This document shows, one piece after another, positions 23,436 through 36,690 of a stretch of DNA of 64,000 nt (positions are counted from its first letter, which is position 1; the number at the start of each line of letters is the position of its first letter). Under the pieces are notes generated by a model. The model worked only from the letters and a program-made list of their open reading frames with translations, did no database searches and was not told where the DNA came from. A program made the translations under genes and the position numbers. Source of the DNA: Sphyrna mokarran (lineage: Eukaryota); NCBI GenBank assembly GCA_024679065.1, contig JAGIQG010000002.1:78926001-78990000 (forward strand). Reading direction: 5' to 3'.

Positions 23436-26400
23436 GTTCTTTTGCTCATTTGGTGAATTCTTTCTCTCTGAAAGATACATTATCGCCTGTGGTACTTGAA
23501 ATCCTCACAGCATCATATTGCATCAACTACTGAATGCTTTTTACCCACACTTGTTAGTAAAAATCAAATCTGAAAATCAATTTCACAGACAGCACATTTC
23601 ACAAATGTTAAGACACAGTTTGCAGTTCAATGCCCCTCAACAAATATTCAAAATCTGTTGCAGAAAATTTAAAACTTTTGTCACTTTTCTACTAAACAGT
23701 GTGTTGAAAGAAAACCCATGACTAATTTTTCTTCTCTCAATTGGCAAACGACAGAACACAAACTAAAATGGAACCCAGCACTCCAAATGTCCACAAAGTG
23801 TCTGCTGTGTATCAGCAAGATTATGTTTTGAAAGTGGTTGTTTTTTTTCCCTCCTCTGTGCTTATTTTCAATGTGAATAAGCTTGCAGGCTGTGTGGGAA
23901 TGTGTACACAGCACACAGCAGCTCCTGCCCTTTTCTATAAACTCAACTGCTTCACGTGTCTGTTCGCATTACTGCAGTCTGAAAACAAGGGCCAGTCTCA
24001 TGAATGAGTGCTGATGTCAGCAATTTGTGAATGGCACCCAGAGGGGGCTGACCTGTTACGCTCATTCCTAATGGTGGGATGCAATCACTAGGGAGACACC
24101 CTGTTCAATTAACTTTAGAAAGCTTCACAAGACTGCAGCAGTACAAAAATTATTTTGAGGCGCTGAACGCGAGAGAACTGATTTTGGCCCGCACAGATAT
24201 AAAGAACAAAGAACAGGAACAGGCCCTTCGGCCCACCAAGTCTGTGCCGAAGGCACTTGTTAAAGAGACAGTACTGTTTTCATTGGCTTCTAAAGGCTAA
24301 ACCTGTAACCTACATAATATGCTCTTTCATTTATTTTCCTCAGGCTTGTTGAACTATCCAAATATACAGTTAGCCAAGTAAGATTCCAATTGCAGAGTGT
24401 ACAGCAAATAAACCTCTGCTTAGAACTCCTTTTGCATATTGTTTAACATATGAATGCATTTTCAAATGAAAGATAAATGGTCTAGTATGAAATGTTCCAG
24501 CTGGTTTTTAATGCAGCTGGAGGGAATTCATTCCTGTACTTGCTCCACTTCCCCTCAAAACGTTGGAAGTCTGGACAGGAATCTTGTCACCATGTGACTC
24601 TCTGCCTTTCCTTTCTGTGTGGTTTTAATGATAACACATAGCAAATGCTACCTTGCAAACACTTGTCCATATTAACTAATAGCTGTTCAGTACAAAGGAA
24701 TACTATTCAAGATACAGTACAGGTTTATGGAATGATTGCACTTTACGGATATAATTCTGATGTACAAGATGCAAACTTTCTCCAAATGAAAGGAATGCTA
24801 TTAGCTACTGGCTGCATAACTTGATAACTGTTAATGCCTATTCATCCTACTTTTGGCAATCAGCTGAGAAGATTCTTGATTTTTTCTTTCTGAATAGTTA
24901 TGTTATGTATCTTGGCAAACTGACAATCCTTCAGGAATTATTGGATGATTTGCAAGAAAATTCACAGATCATTAACAAAAAATTGCAGTTAGACTCCAGA
25001 CATATTTTAAGATCATTATTTGAAAATGGTGGTTTCCATTATTTAATTGGACAATAAATCAAATTTTTTGATATTACGACAATGTGCATCCTTTGCCAAA
25101 ATAAAACTGAACAAGTTCAGAAAAAGGAACTCATTCTATAGAATGAGAAATTGTCTTACTATTCTAGCCAGCAATACCAGTCACTTGTTAGGCTATATTT
25201 TGGATCAGTCTTTATTTTTTTCATTCTTCCTTTGAATCCAATGATTCTTGTTATCATACAATTCCATACAAGGGTATTATAGCTGATGTTAATCCTAAAC
25301 AGATCCTTTCACATGCAAACAGTGCCTATCATGAGTCTAAAGGCATTAATGAAAAGCTGATCGCTCCTCACACTGTATTTGTCTTGGTTCAGTGAGGCCA
25401 AACTGTACTGCTGCAACTGTCATTCCACTGCAATGAATTCAGCACAGGCTGTGGATTATATGTGGATTTCTTGTGGTCATTATCACCTAATAACTATAAC
25501 TGCACTGCATTTACACAGTAAGCCAACAGAAGATTCTTAAAGCAGGCTTCATTTGTACAGTCTCAGAATTAATTAAGACTCTTATCATTAAGATGCTGAA
25601 CACTAAATGAATGGTAAAATGTTAAATGCTCTTTCAGTTTACTTTCATGTCATTTGCTGTTGTGCTGAATTGGTGATGCAGTAATGAGTTCACATAACCC
25701 TGGTGATTTTGGGTTTCTTTAACATGTGCACCACATCCACTCCCCTTTCCTCCACTACCCGCAAGAAAGTAGGATATGTTGGGAAATGGGGACGGGACTT
25801 TTGGATCTGGGGTCCTGACACCATATTTGATAAGGTGCGAGTTCCCCATGACTCAACGTAAATACGGGCCAATAGATCAGACACTGTCAGGGTAATTTTC
25901 CAACTATCAGCAGAGAAGTTCACTTATCAAAGGAGCAAATTGTGCTGTACTGTGATTCACCAAGCATTAGAAAGAAGCCATTAAATCGTGAGCAGGTCAA
26001 ATGGATGCCTAAATTATCAAGATTCATTCTCAGCATACAAGGCTTTCGATTAGGATTTAAAAGTTAACAAAAAGCAGACCTCTTAATATTTGATGGGCTC
26101 CGCATGGAACACCATCGCTGTGATCTTTTGCAGACACATTATTAGGCGTCTTGAATGGAAGTCTGGTGCACTTACACAAAAAAAAGAATTTATGTGGCCT
26201 ATTCCCATCATCATTAAGTTATGTTAGATTGAAAAGTAAAATTGATATTATTGAACAATTGGTGAATATGCTATTTTGATGGAAGCATTAATTTATTTAT
26301 TATGGTTTAACAATCCCTTTAAAGGAATAGCAAGATGTTTTTGTATAGAACTCCATTAGTTATTCAGATGGTGACATTGTCAATAGGTAGTTCCAAACTT

Positions 26401-26489
26401 TTATTGACAAGTTAAACTGCATGCACAGCATTAAACTCATTATTAATGAATATTACTAAAAATCTATTGTGTTAAAACTTCTTATCTTG

Positions 26490-29405
26490 ATTCTTCTTCT
26501 GAGACAGTTCCTCAGAGTTAAGGATGATTTACTTCCATACTAAAAATGAGTTCTCAGGTGACTGAGAAGTCTAATGTGGGATTTATAGTTTCTGTCACAG
26601 ATGGGCAGATGGTGGTTGATGGTTGAGTGCCCAGGTTGCCATGCACTCCTGTTACTGTTCACATTTGCTTTTGGCGATGAAACCTGAAGTGTTCAGCTAC
26701 TTGCCAGATGCTTTTCCTCCACTTTGGGTGGCCTTGGACCAGGAATTCCCAGGTGGCAGTGAGGATGATGCACTTTTTCAAAGAAGCTTTGGGGGTGTCC
26801 AAGAAGCCTTTCTACTGTCCTCCTGGGACATATTAAAGTTCTGACTAGAGTTTTAGTTTTGACCTGCCCACAAAGCTATTGAGCATAGTCAATGCCTCAG
26901 CGCTGGGGATGTTGGCCTGAGCGAGAATACTGATGTCAGGTATGCCAGTCCTGCCAATGGATGTAGTGCTTGTTTGTGATCTTTCTCCAGGATTTTGAGG
27001 TGTTTGGTCTACATAGTTCATATCTTTCAGCCATTCAGGGGGGCAAATATCACTACTATTCTGTTGGCCATGTGCTGCCTCTGAGGTCCTGAACTTCAAA
27101 CACACATCCTCAGCTGACTGAAAGCTACACCGGCGCAGTGAAGGCAGTGTTCAACCATGTCATTGATGTTCACCCTTGTTGACAGTAGGTACCTAAGGCA
27201 TGGAAAAGTTCCATTTTGTCCTTGTACAAAATTTGGATTTTGATATCCAAAATAGCAAAATCATTTTGGATTTTGATAACCAGGTGCAGGGCAGTGCTGA
27301 AGGGTGAGAGGCAGGTAAGTAGAGGACCTTCTTCTACAGATGTTCAGTATAAGATCCATGCTTTTGTATGTTTCAAGGTATTGCTGATGACTTGGAGCAA
27401 GCGTGTGCAGATACAAGCATCATCTATTCAATAACAAAGCATGGGGTGACCTTGGATGTAGTCTACAGACAGTGGAGTTTGAACAGATTCCTGTTTGTTT
27501 TATAATTTAGCCCCAATCCAGTGGGAAGCTTTTTAAGAGTTAGATAGGAGCATTGCAGCCAGAAAGATCAAGAAGACCATCAGCGTGATGACACAGTCTT
27601 GCTTGAACCCTGTCCAAATACAAATTGGGTCCATGGTGGATCCATTATTTAGGATCACAGCTTGCATGTCATCATGGAGCATGAGGATGGTGACAAATAT
27701 TTGGGGGCAGCTGAAAGAGTGGAGGACACTCTGTAATCCCTCAGGATTGACTATGTTGAAGGACTTTGTGAGGTCAAAGAAAGCCATGTAGAAGGATTGG
27801 TTGCTGTGTGGTGAAGATCATGTTCATTGAGTGTCCCTTAGTGGGCAAAATCCACACTGCAACTCTGGAAGGAACTCTTCAGCCACAGGGTGAAGGTGAG
27901 TAATAGGAAAATACTTGTGATGGTCTTCTCTGTGGCCAACAACAGGGAAATTCCTCTGTAGTTACTGCAATCGGACCTGTCATCTTTCTTGAAGATGGTC
28001 ATGAGTGTGGCATTTCTGACATCTTCTGTCATCTCCTTCTTTCAGACAAGGGAAATAAGATCTTGAATTTGCACCAATTGTGTTTCTCCCCATGTTTTAG
28101 TGCTTCAGTGGGGATTCCACTTGCTCCCGATGATGTAGTTCTTTATCTGTTGGATTGCCTTTATTACCTTCTGCTGGGTTGGAGTTATGCTGAGATGATG
28201 GTGGGTAGCATGCTGTGGGATGGAGTGAAGGATTCTCAAATTGAAGAAAGGAGTTTTCAAAATATACCTTCCAAGGCTGCTGACTGCCTCTCTTTTCTTG
28301 ACAGCAGCGGGTGGGAGCCTTGGGTACCTGTTATAGGTGGTCTTGATTGTATTAAAGAAACCTCATGTATCATGGTTGCTGCTAACTGCTGGATCTCCTG
28401 CTCTTTCTCGACTGATCACCTATTTTTAGGCCCCAAGTTTCTTACTGGATTTCAGCCTTCAGTGGAGCTGTTTTCTTGTTCTCGAGCAGGATTGCTGTTT
28501 CAGATACAATAAAGCTTTGTGCTTGCAGCTTATCAGCTCCTGGTCTCTTGATCGTTCTCATCAAACCAGTCATGATGTTTTCAGATCGAGTGACCAAGCA
28601 GGTGCTGGTTTTGGGCGAGGGTGAGCCAAAGGGTCAAGAAGAGTTGGTTTATCCCATAAAGGGAATCTCTGGGTTGGCCATCTAGTTCCTTTTTAATAGT
28701 AAAACCAATCCTTTGGAAGTAGTGATCTTCTGTTTTACCTTTCTAGCAGGTGCAACTGCCCCCTTTTTCTTTGAGCTGGTCTTCCCCTCCCAATGGGATT
28801 CATTTAGTGTGGCAATATTAATGTTGAAGTGCCTAAGTTCCTGGACTCTGAGAGCAGTACACTATTCCGGTCTGTTGTTGGCATTGTCCATAAGGGTTCT
28901 GACATTCCAGGTCCCAAACTTCATTTGTACGGATAGAAATTGCCTGTGTCCAGGTCTTTTAATGTGTGCTGACCATTACACATCAGCTACTACATAGGTT
29001 TGATGGAAGAAGACCTTGTTCCCAGTGGCAAGAGGGTCAAAAAATGACTGAATCCAGGCTCTGCTGCATGGACCAAGGATTTTCAAATACACATATTCCT
29101 AATGTCCTCTTCTCTGCTTCCACCAGGACCTCTCACACCGGGATTCACAAAGCATAGTGTCAGCCTCATGAGGATTGCACTAACCTCTCGCTACTGCTGG
29201 TCCTATAGCTCCATTGTTCCCCTCTTACTCTGAAAAACCCCTATGCTCCTTCCCACTGTTAATGGTCACACTGCTTCTCTCTCACTGTGAATGGCCCTGC
29301 TGCTCCTCTCTCAGTCTTCTAGGAGATGGTTACCGCCTCAAGATACCCTTCTCACCCACTTTTCTTATAACCACTGATGTGGTTGAAAATCCACTGCTCC
29401 TCTGG
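26490..29405 (-). mobile_element. RTE-clade LINE, near full length, decayed
   Basis: TIFKKDDRSDCSNYRGISLL, FFDLTKSFNIV, TGFKQDCVI and ADDACI-like motifs; (GAA)n tail (ttcttcttc on plus at ~26492). Confidence 0.9.
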
Positions 29406-29419
29406 TGCACACAATTCTG

Positions 29420-29629
29420 TAAGAAGTCTGACAATACCAGGTTTAAGTTCAACCGATTTATTTGATAATAAACTCACAAGCTTTCAAAGCTATCCTCTTT
29501 GTTAGGTGAATGAGGTATTCTGGTCTCAAACAACACATAACAGCACAGACTGTTTGATTGGACTTAAACCTGGTGTTGTCAGACTTCTTACTGTGTTTAC
29601 CCTCGTGCAATGCTGGCATCTCTACATCA
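29420..29629. mobile_element. Penelope family A mini-insertion with inverted termini and 14-bp TSD
   Basis: TGCACACAATTCTG at 29406-29419 and 29630-29643; 29420-29452 versus the reverse complement of 29558-29590 is 31/33. Confidence 0.85.
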
Positions 29630-32600
29630 TGCACACAATTCTGCCATTAACTCTTGTAGAAGCATGCTGACGTAGCTCACAATGTAGGCTAGAACCAAGA
29701 TATGTGGACTTCTGAATTTATGTTGGGTATACCTTAGGGCCCAATAAGGGGAAATCATATACTCATTTGGACAAGGCAAGTGATACAGAAGGCAGTGAAG
29801 CCAGGGGCAGGGATTCTAATGCTAGGAGTTCCTATGTCTCTCAAATACAGCTGTATTTTCTACATTGCTACACTAGGCATGCCAGGCTGTCACCTGGTGA
29901 TAAAGAGCACCCAACGCTCAATAAAGAAAAAAGCTTAAACATTTCAAAAGAAAAAAAATACCCTCCCATCGCCTCAACCGGGGTGGGGGCGGGGGGGAGG
30001 ATACATGAGTGAACATCAACTTCCTGTTCAGAGGTGACAACGACTGTTCTCCCTACAACCTCTTGAAACAAGATGCTGCCTGAGATCGGCCCCTCTTGGC
30101 AACTGCATCTCCCATTGAGAGGAATGTGAGGAAGCATCTCCTCAACTCTGTAAAACCTCTGGGGTTATTGGCAGAGGCATTCTGCCATCTCCTGCTCTAA
30201 TGTGCACACTGTGGACTTTTTAGCTGTTGTATATTTATAAACCTGAAAATCAAAAACTATCATAATCACAGTACTACAAATGAAGTTGGACGTTTGACAC
30301 CCTATAAAACCCTTCAGGATCAAGTTCCCTGTCAGCATTATAAACAATTTTGTAATTTTGCCCTTGTCCACCACAAGAATCTGAGGCAGAAGAGGGGCAA
30401 AGGCTCATTGATCTCGGATGGGTATTTACATTTTAGGGATGAGTGAGGCCAGAATATCCTGCCTGTTAAGTTAGACAAATACTTTGTTATTTCCTCTCTT
30501 TTAACTTGTATTAAATCTTAATGTGCAACATTTTTAACGCTTCTGGGGAGAAATGCAAAGTCTTCATTTCAGCAAGTTTTATGCAATGTTTATTTGGATC
30601 TGGGAGTTAGCAAGATTAAGTCTCAAGGCTTGCATTGACCCACCTTTATCTCATTAAACAAAATTTCCTTTTACTTTTACAGTGCAGTGCTACAATAAAG
30701 AATGGAATGCGGTGAGACTATACTGCATTTTGCTATTTGTGTTAATTAGCCATTACCCATTTCTCCTCTTATAATGCTGCTTTCTTTTTCTTTGCTCTGT
30801 TTTTATTCATTACAAATGTCTTGCTTGAATTCAATAAATTGGTCATTAAGGGTCCACCTTTCCCTTTTTGAGGTAGAATATTGCAGCAGTTAGAGAAAGC
30901 AGCATTGAAGCCCAAATGGTAGCTTTCTCTGCCATATTGTTCGTAAGTAGGTAAAATAGGTGAAGGGTGAGTTGCACAACATCACCCCGGCCTACCCTCC
31001 TAGCAACTTAGTTTTTTAAAGATCAGGGTGCCATTTTTAAAGGCTGCTCGGAACACAAAATAAGATCAGAACCTCCACACAGACACCATCCTGGCACTGC
31101 CCAGGCACTGCTCCCACAGGAGGCATAAGGGAAGCAGCACAGGGATGGATTACAAAGCTAAATGCTACTTTTAGCAGATGGAGTTATGAGGATCTCTTTG
31201 TAGAACTCAGCTTTTGTCACCCTTAGAAGGAAGTGAATGGAATAAGATCCTGATAGTGACATGCAAGACAGCAGGTGAAATAAGATTCATGAGCATTTCT
31301 TTGAACTAAACCACAACTAAAGCACAGGGGCCCAAAAGTACAAACTGAATAGAACTGATGCCAATATATAGTTCTCCATGTAAAAAGTGACCAAGCAATA
31401 ATGCCTCAGGTTTAACGCAAAGCTATCTCTGACATTTCGACATCAATCAGGTACACAATGTAGGTTTTGAAATAGCTGTGCCAATACCTAGAGGTAAATT
31501 CTGCAAATTCAAAAGGCAGATTCAAATTTTCATCCTCAGCATTTGGGCCATGATTCTTTTAATGTGGGAAATTGAAGATGGATGATTGAACTAAACTTCA
31601 TCACGTCTTTCTTTCACATTCTGTCCTTCCTCCCAATTTTTAAACAAAAAACCAGAAGCTGCAGGAAAGTACTTTCTCATTGGAGTGATAGCACTAAACC
31701 AAAGAAAACAGTAGAACTATTTTTATGCTGTTTAGCACAGTTGCAATAGCACAGAAGTCAACTGACTGAGCTTTTCTATTTTATGTCTGCAAAACAGAAA
31801 ATGATTCTTTTTCATCATTGGTCTCTAATGGACTTTCAGATTTAGATTGAGTGGCTGCTCCATCCATTCCTTTTGCATCTCCTGAGTTGGGACACTGATT
31901 CTCCAAAGGTCAAGCTGTTGTCACGGCAGTTCTAGGTTTTCCTGTTCCTAATGAATGTCTTTTTTCATTATTGCAGCTGCTCACATTGGAACACTAACCC
32001 AAATGTCTGCATTTAGCACACCACTGGCCAGTGTCCAGAACTCAAGCAGCGTGTGCATACTGCCCACATTGTATTTATTTTGCGGATAGTAAACGTGCTG
32101 AGGGAATATGCAAAGGGTAGATTGCATGTTAACTGTAAGCCCTGTATGTCAGGAGATGGTAAATTTCAGTTCATTCAAAATCAGCTGCCGATCCAAATGA
32201 AAGGGCTGTGCTGTAATGGGATCTTGTCGTCATGGATTTCTGGCTCACCAAGAAAAGCTTTCTTTCCCTGAATGTGGCACGCTCGAGTCTGTTCAAAAGT
32301 GTCTTCATTGTAAAAGTTGCCGCAGATGCAAATCCCCACATCTTTGATTCTCTGAACTGTTCATTTGCAACAATGCTGACAATGCCCTTTCTAATTGGTG
32401 CAAATTAACTTTCAGACTCTTTACAAATTGAATTAAAATTTGTTTCTTTTCACCCAAATATGGAATGAAAATGGCTTGAGTTGGGAGAAGGCAAATGAAA
32501 AGTCTGCCCATGCAAATCTGATGTGCTGCAATACAGAATGCTCACTGTTTCAGAGAAGAAATGATAACGTGATATTGAAAGACTTAAATGGTATCTTTAT

Positions 32601-33834
32601 ATGATTGATGTTATTTCGACAGCAATGAAAGGGGGAAAAATAAGGTTATCCTGTCAGCAGCGTAAATCACTTTAGAGGGGGCTGAGTCTCACAGTCCCAT
32701 GACTAGCTATTGTGTATTAGTATCTTAATGCATGGACGTGTTAACATGACATTCTGCAATGATAGCCACAGTCGGTGTACTTTGTGGAGTTATACTGAAG
32801 TAATTGCACAGCGCAATTGACACAAATCCACCTCTAGCTACATTCAGTGACAAATGTTATGACGATTCACACTGCAAGATTGCAAGTATAATCAGACTGT
32901 TGCAAAGTAGTTTTATTTGGTACTATTGTTAAGAAACTGTAATGTAAATCTGGAATCAAATTATGAATTAACTGGTGGGAAGTAGCATGAGAATTTTACC
33001 TCCAATTATTGTAATGTAAATTCACTTTAAAACACACTGAAAAATTGCACACATTAAGTCGGACAAAAAAATGACCAAATACAAAATAATACATTTAGAG
33101 AAGGAATAAAGTACATTATCGTAAGAATAAAATTGACGAAAGCACAAGCATATAATAAAATTTGTGGCTGAAGAACTAGTAAGCTAAAACAGGGAGTGGA
33201 ACTCAGCACAAGTACATTTTCAAAGATTACAGCACACTATGAAAGAGCAAATGGTCTCTTCTTCTGTGCTGTAAGATCCTATGATTTGAATTGCACATTG
33301 AACAGCTATAGGCTTAAAATGTTAGCATTTTATTGTCTAATATTTGCCGTCATAAAAATATGCAATCCACTATGTAAGTCCTATAGTAGACAAAGCTCTG
33401 GGAACAGAAATAGAATGGGCTAGTATAGAATCAAAGGTTGCTGCACAAACATTCTAATGTAGTTTTCTGAGTACATTTTACTAATGAACACTCAGCCTAA
33501 TGACCCAAGGCCTTTGTCATTATAGAGGGATAGAAAGGACATGGCATATTTCTATATCAGGACAGTATAACTAGCTATCATTCATTTCATAGGGCTGTTG
33601 ATTATGATGTCCCTTCCAGAATGATGCCATTTTACAATTGGGATTGAGAAAGATCATAATAAAAGCCATTTTGTTTTGCTCACCCTTTGAGAAAATCATG
33701 GTAATGAAGAGATTGATAGTGTCAAAACAGTCCAGTATTTTGGCATGTTGATTGTATGAGGCTCGTAGCTTCATTCTCTGACCTCAATTAAATCTAGAAA
33801 CAGCACGCTTCCATCTGAAAACCAAGTTCTCAAC

Positions 33835-34330
33835 TTTAGGAAGCTGTCGAGGCTTAGTCTGTGAACATTTTCAAGGCTGAGATTGATAGGTTTTTAATCA
33901 GTGAGGGAATTAAGAATTACAGAGATAAGGTAGGATAATGGACTTACACATAACACAGTGGTTAGCACTGCTGCTTCACAGCTCCAGGGATCCAGGTTTG
34001 ATTCCCAGCTTGAGTACTGTCTGTATGGAGTTTGCACATTCTCTCCATGTCTGTGTGGGTTTCCTCTAGGTGCTCCGGTTTCCTCCCACAATCTATTAGT
34101 TGTGCTGGTTAGATGCATTAGCATTCTAAATTCTCAGTGTACCTGAACAGGCGATGAAGTGAGGGGACTAGGGGATTTTCACAGCAACTTCACTGCAGCG
34201 TTAATGTAAGCCTACTTGTGACACTAATAAATAAGCTTTAAACTTAAAAAGTTTAAAGGTCTACTATGATCTTATTAAATGGTGGAGCAGGCTCGAAGGG
34301 CTGAAAGCCTACTCCTGTTTCTATTTCTCA
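33835..34330 (+). mobile_element. CR1 3' end interrupted by a V-SINE
   Basis: ttcaaggctgagattgatagg then gatcttattaaatggtggagcaggctcgaagggctgaa. Confidence 0.75.
33950..34258 (+). mobile_element. V-SINE with alternative tail
   Basis: Head and V-domain, then ggattttcacagcaacttcactgcagcgttaatgtaagcctacttgtgacactaataaataagctttaaac. Confidence 0.92.
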
Positions 34331-36009
34331 CAGCCTTACAGTCTTAACTCTCTTTGTAGGTTAAAATTCCTCCCATTGAATCTTTTTACACATTCATTGG
34401 AACCAATTTAACTTCCTTTGTCACAATGAACAAATGATAATCAACTGACCATTTTACAATGGACCCAATATTCTGTCACATGGAATATAAAACTTGATGA
34501 GGTGTGGTGCTGAAATCTATTGTCTGATTTTTGCCTGCAGATAAAAAATTAAAATGGTATCAATAAGCTCTAAGATTGTGAGATTCAGCTCCCCATTGGA
34601 GCCCTGCTGGGTCAGGTGTAGAGCTTGTTGTTACAATGTTCTCCACTAAGCTGTATGGGTGCCCAGCAATCTGGAACAGACTACACAGTGCAGGAAACAG
34701 GCTGCGCACTGCTATTGTTCCACTGAAGATGAGTACATGCTTGGCTGTGCAGCAGTGATTAAAGTCCTGTGCAACAAACATATTACGCACAAGGAAAACT
34801 TAAAACATTGTACATAACAGTTCTAATGATCTGTCTATTGGCTTTAATGATTAAAAAATTGGTAACATCATGAATTGGGTATCCAAATGTTTCAACTGAT
34901 TCACTGCTCAGTTCAATGGAAGTCTACACTATGTGTAGAGTTGCCCAACTTTAAGACTTTTAACTAAATTGGCATATTACTTACATAAATAGATTGTACC
35001 TTTAAGACAGTAAAATTTTAGACAGAGAATTTCTGCTAAAATGAATTCTTCCTTTGGTTTATGCTGACTTGCGTATCTAACTTAGTTCTCACCAAAATCT
35101 ATTAAAAAAAATCTATTCTAATTTTCACCTAGACTCTTTTTTAACCACCTCTCAAATAATGATTATGGCAATATGAATGGTTACAGCTACAGATATTTTA
35201 TATTATCTTTTATTTTTTGCAAGCAAACATTAGTCAACCTGTCATACAGTTTCCCTTTCAAAACTTGGAAAAAACAATATTTTAGGGGTCTATAGAGAAA
35301 ATACCTGGGCCCTGATTTTTGCACAGTTGTGCAGTCTGTGCCTTATTTGGGTGAAAACAAGTAGAGTAGTTTAACTGTAAGTAAGGACCCTGAATCTGAC
35401 CCATTTCTAACAGATCAGTTTGGGAAAATGAGGCAGGATATTATTCACACATAGGGGAAACCCAAATCAAGAAGGGCTATTTGAACTCAGCGCTAGCGTG
35501 AAGTCCATAGCGTGTGACTTAGGATTCTTAAGACTTAGGATTTTGAAGATTAAATATGTATGTGTGTCAAAAATGGATTAGGTCTGTGGAACTTTCAAGC
35601 TGCCAAGTTATTTTGAAAAAAAGCCCTGCTTGTCGCTGAGTTGACAAAAAAAACCAGTGCTTAAAATTTCAATCTCTGTTTGTTGACATTAATGCAAACA
35701 CGTGGCCCTTAAACTTAACATGGAATTCTATTGTACTATGATCACTTTTCCTAACAGGATCTTAGACTGAGGTTACTCACTAATCCAACCTCATACCGCA
35801 ATATTGCCCATTAAATCGTCCTATCTCAGTTGTATTAACTCAGGGATTGTCCAAGGAAATGGTCATGAATGAATTCTCATCATCTCATCTTGCAAGCTTT
35901 TTTTTGCTAATTTGATTTTGCCCTTCTTACTAGCTACATTTTCTACTTCCTATTCTATTCAACACCTTATAGGCCCCTGTCAGTTTCTACTGTTAGGGGC
36001 CTATAAGAA

Positions 36010-36690
36010 TACAGTGATCCGAATACTCTGTCTTGATATTTCTAATTTCCACCCATATTCATTCTGCTTCTTGATCTTCTGAGCCAAGATCTTTTTATTA
36101 TCATGTCTTAATCCTTGTCATCCTTTATTATTAAGATTATTGCACCTCCTCCTTTTGTATTTGGCCTGTCTTACCAACATGTCAAGTATCTTAGAATAAT
36201 TTATCCAACCTTGGTCTCCTTGCAACCATATCTCTGTAATGTGATATATCAATCCCATTTGTCGCTATTTCTGCTGGTAGTTCTATTATACAAGAAATGC
36301 TTTGTGAATTCAGATCAAGAGCCCTTAATTATTTTTTAAAATCATTATTCTTTATATATTCTTTTTTACTTACAGTTAAACTACTCTACTTGTTTTCATC
36401 CAAACCACTGCACCTAGATTTCTAATTTTTTCTTTACTCAATTCCTCCCTCTTCTTCAAGTTTAAAACCCTATTCATTGTCCCTGGTTATACAATCCACC
36501 AGGATACTTATCCCAGCCTGGTGAAAGTGGAACCCATCTCAGTGGAACAACTCTCTATTCCCCCTCATATTGATGCTAGTGCCTCATGAATTGAGCCTCT
36601 GACTTCCCAGATCACTCTTCTAGCCATGCATTTAATTCTCTAATCCGCTTGATCCTATGCCAATTTATAAATATCTCAAGTAGTAATCCA
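36010..36690 (-). mobile_element. Old CR1 fragment (ORF1 end to ORF2 endonuclease start)
   Basis: ccttggtctccttgcaaccatatctctgtaat (ITEIWLQGDQG-like) and gtggaacccatctcagtggaac (esterase ORF1-like). Confidence 0.6.

Noticed and set aside
24032-24050. CTCF-like site tggcacccagagggggctg
   Set aside because: Mismatches at several core positions; not supportable without ChIP data
28063-28512. 149-aa plus-strand ORF
   Set aside because: Antisense to the RTE LINE coding region
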